32,000 nucleotides of DNA, taken from NCBI GenBank assembly GCA_942493095.1, contig OW818675.1, positions 1,890,001 through 1,922,000 on the forward strand, in the 5' to 3' direction. The notes under the pieces were generated by a model. It had not been told where the DNA came from. It worked only from the letters and a program-made list of their open reading frames with translations, and searched no databases. Positions 26,526-32,000 of the stretch are shown here, in pieces (position 1 is the first letter of the stretch; each line of letters begins with the position of its first letter). A program made the translations under genes and the position numbers. The DNA comes from Candidatus Electronema halotolerans (GTDB taxonomy: Bacteria; Desulfobacterota; Desulfobulbia; Desulfobulbales; Desulfobulbaceae).

Positions 26526-28799
26526 ATGGACATAAGTTTTGTACGACATATTTTAAAAAATGCTCAGGACACTTCTGTCAATTCCCCAGAGCTGGCAAGA
26601 AGCTGGGTCAACGGAACAACAGAGTATCATCTGAATCCTGACCGGGCCAATATTCTGCGACCCTTGCATCTTGGGCAGGAGCTGAATGTGCTGGAGATCG
26701 GCTGCTCCGGCGGCATTCTGTCCCGATACCTCGGCGAACAGGGGCACCGCGTCACCGGCATCAAGACCTGTCAAGAATGTCTTGATGCTGCCCGGCTGCG
26801 CTGTGCAGACATGGCCAATGTCAGCTTTGCCGCAAATGAGGAGCAAATTGCCGCTGCATTCGCGCAGAGTTATGACCTCATCCTGCTGGTGCCGCCGCTG
26901 CCGGAGTTGCTGGCTCCGGTTCTGAACAATGAAGACAGCAGCGCACCTCAAGAGCTGACCGCATGCCTGCGAATTCTTCAAGACCGTCTTGCAAATAACG
27001 GCCTGCTGGTCATCGGGGCTGGCAATCGGCTTGGACTGAAATACTGGCTGGGCGCAACGGAAGAGCACTACGGCAAAGCATATATCGGACTGTGGAACTA
27101 CGGCTCGGCTGCCCAGAGTCCCCGACTCTTTTCCCGCAACGAGTGGCTTGATATCCTTCACCAAGCAGAGCTGCCGCAATATCGTTTTTTTTATCCGTTC
27201 CCAGATCATCAGTTTGCCGACCTGATTTTGTCAGATGATTTCATCGCCACGAATCCAAATGCGCATTCACTGCTCTACCGGCTGCGGTCCAGAGATTTAT
27301 TCGCACCGAAATGGCTGCCGGATCAGGATGAGTTTCTCTACTGGAAATCACTGCATCAATCTGGTTATTTGCAGAATTTTGCCAATTCCTTTCTGATCGT
27401 CGCTGCAAAAGAACGAGATACTCTGGAACACGTTTTTCCTTATGATTTTATCCGGCTCTCAAAGAGTCAACAGCGGAAAAATTATCACACTGTCACTTAC
27501 AAAGAACGGCATCAGCCAGTTGTCATCAAAAAGCAGGTTGACAACAGCAGTTCAAATGTTCAGGAAGATGCAGCAACGATCACGCATACCCCTTCATCAG
27601 TCCCGTATATTCAGGGGCCGTTGCTTGCGGAGTTGTGGATTGATGCCTTAGTTCTTGGCGGCAGAACAGGTGATTTTAAAAAATTGCTGCATGGATATTA
27701 TCATTTTCTATTCAACAAAATTGAGCAGTCTTCCCGGCCTGGAGAATATCTTGATCTGCTGCCATTCAACATCATCCTTGACAAGGAAGGAAACTATCAG
27801 GAATTCGATCAGGAATGGGTCATTGATTGTGCTGAGATCAGCGCGGAATTCATTCTCTTCCGTGCTCTGCTCTGGTTCGGCTTTGCTCATGACATTCACA
27901 TAAGCTGCCGCATGGCAGAAGAAAATTTGACCACGCTGGCTGAATTCATTGAGTTTGGCTTTCGGCTGCTTTCACTGGATTATCCAAAGAGCCTACCCAT
28001 CTTTATTGAGCTGGAGGGACAGGTGCAGCGCAGCATTGATCCGAGTCAAGGCGCAGATCAGGTGCGGGCGGTTCTGTATCAGCCTTTTCAACAGGCAGCA
28101 AGGACATATCAGAGCAAGCTGTTCAAAACCGAGCTGTTCTGGGTAACAGAGACTGCGCCACTCTCTGCTGAGAACAGCATGAGAGTTCAAGCGTGTATCG
28201 GCTCGGAGCGGCAGACGCTTTTTTTTGCCCTGCCTGACAAGATCGAAGACCTGAAGATTCTTCGCTTTGATCCAGGAGAGCAGTCCGGTTTTCTGCATCT
28301 GCATCGGCTGACGCTTCGCCAAAGCGCAGGCAATAGCGAAGAAGGGCAAGTTCTCTGGGAAGCGGTCGGCAGCTGCAGGATTGCAGAAACAGTTATTTTA
28401 GAAAATTTGCATTACTGCCCTTCGGCCATCGGCGATGTCTTGCTGTCTGTTGGAGACGACCCCCAGATTATCATTGAACTGCCTGAATCCATCACCAAGC
28501 AAAGCGGCAAGGGCAGCCTGCAATTTGAGGCAGTGATGGACTGGCCGCATTCGTCCGATTATCTTGCTGCTCTTGATGAGATGCGGACTCAGCGACGGCT
28601 AATGACGCAGATGAAAGAAGAACATTTTTTTGTTTGTCGGCAATTGGAAGAAGAACAAAGGAAACTGGAAGAAGAACTGAGACACGCAGCGGTCATGCGT
28701 GAGCGAATTATTGCTTTAGAACATAAATTGGATGTGATACGAAGAACATGGGCTGGCAGAATTATGAAAAAAATGAAGTTGATTCCATGCCAGTTTTAA
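26526..28799 (+). CDS. Large multidomain methyltransferase with kinase-like central region, beta module and C-terminal coiled coil (WbdD-like architecture)
   Basis: LNVLEIGCSGGILSRYLGEQGH; central YLDLLPFNIILDKEGNYQEFDQEWV resembles D..P.N...D.E of APH/kinase-fold proteins; C-terminal Glu/Lys-rich helix. Confidence 0.65.
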   Translation: MDISFVRHILKNAQDTSVNSPELARSWVNGTTEYHLNPDRANILRPLHLGQELNVLEIGCSGGILSRYLGEQGHRVTGIKTCQECLDAARLRCADMANVSFAANEEQIAAAFAQSYDLILLVPPLPELLAPVLNNEDSSAPQELTACLRILQDRLANNGLLVIGAGNRLGLKYWLGATEEHYGKAYIGLWNYGSAAQSPRLFSRNEWLDILHQAELPQYRFFYPFPDHQFADLILSDDFIATNPNAHSLLYRLRSRDLFAPKWLPDQDEFLYWKSLHQSGYLQNFANSFLIVAAKERDTLEHVFPYDFIRLSKSQQRKNYHTVTYKERHQPVVIKKQVDNSSSNVQEDAATITHTPSSVPYIQGPLLAELWIDALVLGGRTGDFKKLLHGYYHFLFNKIEQSSRPGEYLDLLPFNIILDKEGNYQEFDQEWVIDCAEISAEFILFRALLWFGFAHDIHISCRMAEENLTTLAEFIEFGFRLLSLDYPKSLPIFIELEGQVQRSIDPSQGADQVRAVLYQPFQQAARTYQSKLFKTELFWVTETAPLSAENSMRVQACIGSERQTLFFALPDKIEDLKILRFDPGEQSGFLHLHRLTLRQSAGNSEEGQVLWEAVGSCRIAETVILENLHYCPSAIGDVLLSVGDDPQIIIELPESITKQSGKGSLQFEAVMDWPHSSDYLAALDEMRTQRRLMTQMKEEHFFVCRQLEEEQRKLEEELRHAAVMRERIIALEHKLDVIRRTWAGRIMKKMKLIPCQF

Positions 28800-28848
28800 A
28801 GAAGAGCAAATTTTGCAGCAGCATTGTTCAAACAGAAAAAAAATCAAA

Positions 28849-31002
28849 ATGAAGATAGGGTTCTTACTCGGCTCGCCAAGAATTAACGGCGGCACGTACG
28901 TCATTTATGAACACGCCTCTAGGCTGAAGCGCAAAGGGCACAGGGTTGTTCTTATCACCAAACAGGAAGTTGCAACAGCAGAACATGCGTGGCATTCCTC
29001 TGCCAGCGAGCTGGAATGGCTGATATTGGAGCAGGCCAAGAATGAATCCTTTGACATGTTGCTGGCTACATGGTGGCAGAGTCCTTTTTTGCTCCACCAG
29101 CTTGAGGCGGTGCATTACGCCTACTTTATCCAGTCTATTGAGACCCGCTTTTTTGAGCCGCCCGGCCCGGCAGACTTCAGCACCGCAGATAACCCCCTGT
29201 GGCAGAACCTTTGTGAAAAAACGTATTCCTACAAGCTGCCCATGATCACCGAGGCGTGCTGGATACAGGAATATCTCTACAAAAATTGGAACAGCTGGCC
29301 GCACTTAGTGCGTAACGGCATCCGCAAGGACATCTATACTGCTGAGGGCAAGACTGTTGCACCCCGCAGTCAAGGCCATTTCCGGGTGCTGGTGGAGGGG
29401 CCGGTTCATGTCAGCTATAAGAATGTGCCTGCAGCCTTGCGGTTAGCCAGGCAGGCCGGAGCTGATGAAATTTGGCTGCTGACTTCCTCGGACATGCAGG
29501 AACATCCAGATGCTGATCATGTCTTTTCACAAGTGCCTATTCACGAGACCCCGGCAATTTACCGATCCTGCGATCTGCTCCTGAAACTCAGTTATGTTGA
29601 AGGCATGTTCGGACCGCCGTTAGAGATTTTTCACTGCGGCGGCACGGCCTTGGTTTATGATGTCACTGGTCATGACGAATATATTGTTCACGATCAGAAC
29701 GCCTATGTGGTGCCCAAGGATGACGAGGAGCAGGTTGTCTGCCTGCTTCGGCATCTGAAGAGCAATCCGGCAGAATTAGATCGGCTTAAAAAAGGCGCAG
29801 CAGCAACAGCAGCAGCTTGGCCGGACTGGGATGTCTGTTCTGAACAGTTTGAGCAGGCCCTGCTGGCAATAGCAGCAGAACGACCGACCAGCCGGGATTA
29901 TCTTCGGCAGCATACAGAAGCACTGCACAGTCTGCTCGATCCTCTGAGCAAGGCCAAAGCGCAGGCACTCTTTGCAGAACGAGAGAAAGCGGCGCAGGCA
30001 GGCGCAGTAACTTGTCGGGATAATTTTGTTCAACTGTATTGGGATGGCGCGGGAGAATTCACCGTCAAAAAATCAAAATGGCGGCATTATCGCACTGAGG
30101 AGTCGGCCACGGTCTCCTTTGAGATACGAGCAGAAGAGACCCCGCTCTGGCTGCGGCTTGATCCCAGTGTTCAGCTTGGAATCATTGCTGTCGAATGGAT
30201 CAGAGTGCGCAATAAGACCCGTGATAGAAAAATTATGGCCTTCCGAAAAGCAGATGAATTCAGCCAGCTTTTTCTGACCGGTGATCTGACTTGGCTGTTC
30301 AGGGACAGAAAAAATATTTTCCTCTCCTGCGGGCCTGATCCAATGTTTGTTCTTCCGCAACTGAGCAGAGATTGCCTCAGTATAGGAGATTATCTTGAAA
30401 TTGCAATCAAATTAAAAGAAAGTGGGGTCCAGCAATTTTTTGCCGAACAGCAAAGCCAAGGCAACTGTCAAGAGAAAAACAGCAGCGACAATGTTCTGCG
30501 GTTGTATTGGGACAGCAGCGGCAAGTTCACTGCCGAGCAATCGCAGCAGCATCTATATCCGCCAGGAGAAAGCACCACTGTCTCTTTCACTCTGCCGGTC
30601 AAGGAGATGCCGCTCTGGCTCCGGCTTGATCCCAGCCGCCGGACCGGCATCATTGAACTCCATCACCTCACGGTGCGCAATGTGACGCGGAATCAGAAAA
30701 TTATGACATTCCGGCAGCCGGATGACTTTAAAACGCTGTTTTTGACTGGTGATCTGACGTGGCCTGCTCCTGCCCGGAGAAATATTCTCTTGGCGGGCGG
30801 GGCAAATTCGATCTGCATCCTGCCGCAACTGCAAGAAAACGACGCTGCGCCGGGTGATTTGCTGGAAGTCACGGTCTGCCTGAAGGAAAGCAGTCTGCCG
30901 CAGTTTCTGGCCGGGCATCAGATCAGCCTTGCCGACCGGACCTCCTCCCGCTGGCAACGCCTGTTTCAGTGTCTCAGAGGACAGCTTTGCTCGCCGCAAT
31001 GA
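28849..31002 (+). CDS. GT4-like glycosyltransferase with two tandem C-terminal modules (ORF track start 28813)
   Basis: MKIGFLLGSPRINGGTYVIYEHASRLKRKGHRVVLIT, SYVEGMFGPPLEIFHCGGTALVYDVTGHDEYI; duplicated LYWD..G.FT...PLWLRLDPS...LFLTGDLTW. Confidence 0.82.
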   Translation: MKIGFLLGSPRINGGTYVIYEHASRLKRKGHRVVLITKQEVATAEHAWHSSASELEWLILEQAKNESFDMLLATWWQSPFLLHQLEAVHYAYFIQSIETRFFEPPGPADFSTADNPLWQNLCEKTYSYKLPMITEACWIQEYLYKNWNSWPHLVRNGIRKDIYTAEGKTVAPRSQGHFRVLVEGPVHVSYKNVPAALRLARQAGADEIWLLTSSDMQEHPDADHVFSQVPIHETPAIYRSCDLLLKLSYVEGMFGPPLEIFHCGGTALVYDVTGHDEYIVHDQNAYVVPKDDEEQVVCLLRHLKSNPAELDRLKKGAAATAAAWPDWDVCSEQFEQALLAIAAERPTSRDYLRQHTEALHSLLDPLSKAKAQALFAEREKAAQAGAVTCRDNFVQLYWDGAGEFTVKKSKWRHYRTEESATVSFEIRAEETPLWLRLDPSVQLGIIAVEWIRVRNKTRDRKIMAFRKADEFSQLFLTGDLTWLFRDRKNIFLSCGPDPMFVLPQLSRDCLSIGDYLEIAIKLKESGVQQFFAEQQSQGNCQEKNSSDNVLRLYWDSSGKFTAEQSQQHLYPPGESTTVSFTLPVKEMPLWLRLDPSRRTGIIELHHLTVRNVTRNQKIMTFRQPDDFKTLFLTGDLTWPAPARRNILLAGGANSICILPQLQENDAAPGDLLEVTVCLKESSLPQFLAGHQISLADRTSSRWQRLFQCLRGQLCSPQ
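30022..30444 (+). repeat. Protein-coding repeat module, copy A
   Basis: NFVQLYWDGAGEFTVKKSK...PLWLRLDPSVQLGIIAVEWIRVRNKTRDRKIMAFRK...LFLTGDLTW...LKESGVQQFF. Confidence 0.8.
30490..30912 (+). repeat. Protein-coding repeat module, copy B
   Basis: NVLRLYWDSSGKFTAEQSQ...PLWLRLDPSRRTGIIELHHLTVRNVTRNQKIMTFRQ...LFLTGDLTW...LKESSLPQFL. Confidence 0.8.
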
Positions 31003-32000
31003 GCCGCTCAAGAGCAGCCAAGCGATATTGCCTTCAGTTCTTCTGCACTGTCTTTTTTCTCTTCAGCATCTTGCTGGGCTATGGCTTCATTTTTGATCCG
31101 TGGCAGCTTTTTCACCAGCCGTGGTTCAGATCACAGGCGTTCATCAGCAATGCCCGCTTTCAGAATGCAGGTTTGATCAACAGCTACGACTTTGATGCAG
31201 CGATTCTCGGCAACAGCATGGCGGAAAATTTTTCCGCGCACGAGGCATCGCAGGTGCTGGGCGGCACCTTTATCAATCTCTCCATGGCTGGTTCCTTGTT
31301 CAGCGAGCGGCAGATAGTGCTTGAGCATCTTTTTCGCAAAAAAAAAATTAAACAGCTCATCATCTCGCTCGATCATATGCCGAATATTCAGCCTGGACAG
31401 TACAATCAGGACCTGCCGCCGGAAAAATACGCCTTTCTCTATAATTGGAATCCATTGGACGACTTTCGTCTCTACTTTGATGTCAAGCTGTTCCGCTGCT
31501 GGAACTTCATGGAGAAGAACTCCTGCTGGCAGGAAATTCCCGGCGCGGCCAGAGTAAAATCTCTGGAGGAGCTGTATAAATGGTTTCCCTATTATGTCAA
31601 TGCCTTTGGCGGGGCTGATGCGTGGTGCGGCTGGAGCAGGCAGTCTCAGGCCTTCAAAGTTTTTCTGAAAGAAATCATCCGGGTTGCAGCTGAAATACAA
31701 CAGGGCAACAAAGACCACTGGACCGATGAACTCACTGCCGAATGCCGACATAACAGTCGTGCCGCTTTTGAACAGCATATTCTGCCGTTGATCAAAGCGC
31801 ATCCAGAGACAAAGTTTCTCCTCTTTTTTCCGCCCTATTCAAGACTGTGGTATGCCATGCAGGAGCAGTATTATGTCGGCTATTACCAAAGCTATATTCT
31901 TTTCCTGGAAGATATGGTCAACACAGTTGAAAAACTTCCCAACGTCCAGCTCTTTGGTTTTGACAATCAGCCATTCACTGCCGATATTGCCAATTACAAA
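30999..32000 (+). CDS. Membrane-anchored SGNH/DltD-like hypothetical protein, truncated by window end
   Basis: ATG overlaps the previous TGA; open to the window end; MSRSRAAKRYCLQFFCTVFFLFSILLGYGFIFDPWQLF...YDFDAAILGNSMAENFSAHEASQVLGGTFINLSMAGSLFSERQIVLEHLF. Not in the supplied ORF track. Confidence 0.75.
   Translation, partial: MSRSRAAKRYCLQFFCTVFFLFSILLGYGFIFDPWQLFHQPWFRSQAFISNARFQNAGLINSYDFDAAILGNSMAENFSAHEASQVLGGTFINLSMAGSLFSERQIVLEHLFRKKKIKQLIISLDHMPNIQPGQYNQDLPPEKYAFLYNWNPLDDFRLYFDVKLFRCWNFMEKNSCWQEIPGAARVKSLEELYKWFPYYVNAFGGADAWCGWSRQSQAFKVFLKEIIRVAAEIQQGNKDHWTDELTAECRHNSRAAFEQHILPLIKAHPETKFLLFFPPYSRLWYAMQEQYYVGYYQSYILFLEDMVNTVEKLPNVQLFGFDNQPFTADIANYK

Noticed and set aside
31131-31802. 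223-aa minus ORF near the window end
   Set aside because: The opposite strand has the operon-continuing ORF from 30999 with signal-anchor and SGNH-like motif; this one is a shadow.
1-32000. CRISPR array, tRNA or rRNA genes
   Set aside because: No regularly spaced direct repeats and no recognisable tRNA or rRNA sequence found by eye; a tRNAscan/CRISPR finder run would be needed for certainty.

Overview
This 32 kb window has the composition and gene style of a Gram-negative bacterium, probably Desulfobulbales/deltaproteobacterial (inference, not tested). Left part (about 0-9 kb): a Cys-rich CW/EPGG-motif protein, a HU/Ig-like two-domain protein, a small secreted Cys-rich protein, two tandem paralogous porins, an OmpR/PhoB-type response regulator, a mini-operon (CGGC protein, methyltransferase, J-domain protein), a small secreted protein, then galU and priA. 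Middle part (11.58-16.95 kb): a five-gene minus-strand cluster encoding a stand-alone VioB/RebD-type ferritin-like protein, two paralogous lipocalin/nitrobindin-like beta-barrel candidates, a small protein with an inhibitor-I78-like C-terminus, and a GATase-like protein of about 497 aa. This cluster sits between intact priA and a diverged, stop-containing 69-nt fragment of the priA 3' region at 17227..17295, which looks like an insertion scar. Each of its genes is followed by a different perfect or near-perfect stem-loop. This is my best candidate for an undescribed system. Right part (18.8-32 kb): a tightly coupled glycan operon with GDP-fucose synthase, Wzm/Wzt ABC export with an extended Wzt C-terminus, methyltransferases, glycosyltransferases, a large WbdD-like methyltransferase plus kinase-like fusion, a glycosyltransferase with duplicated C-terminal modules, and a truncated SGNH/DltD-like ORF that is missing from the supplied ORF track. 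All homology statements come from motif recognition by eye; no database search was run.
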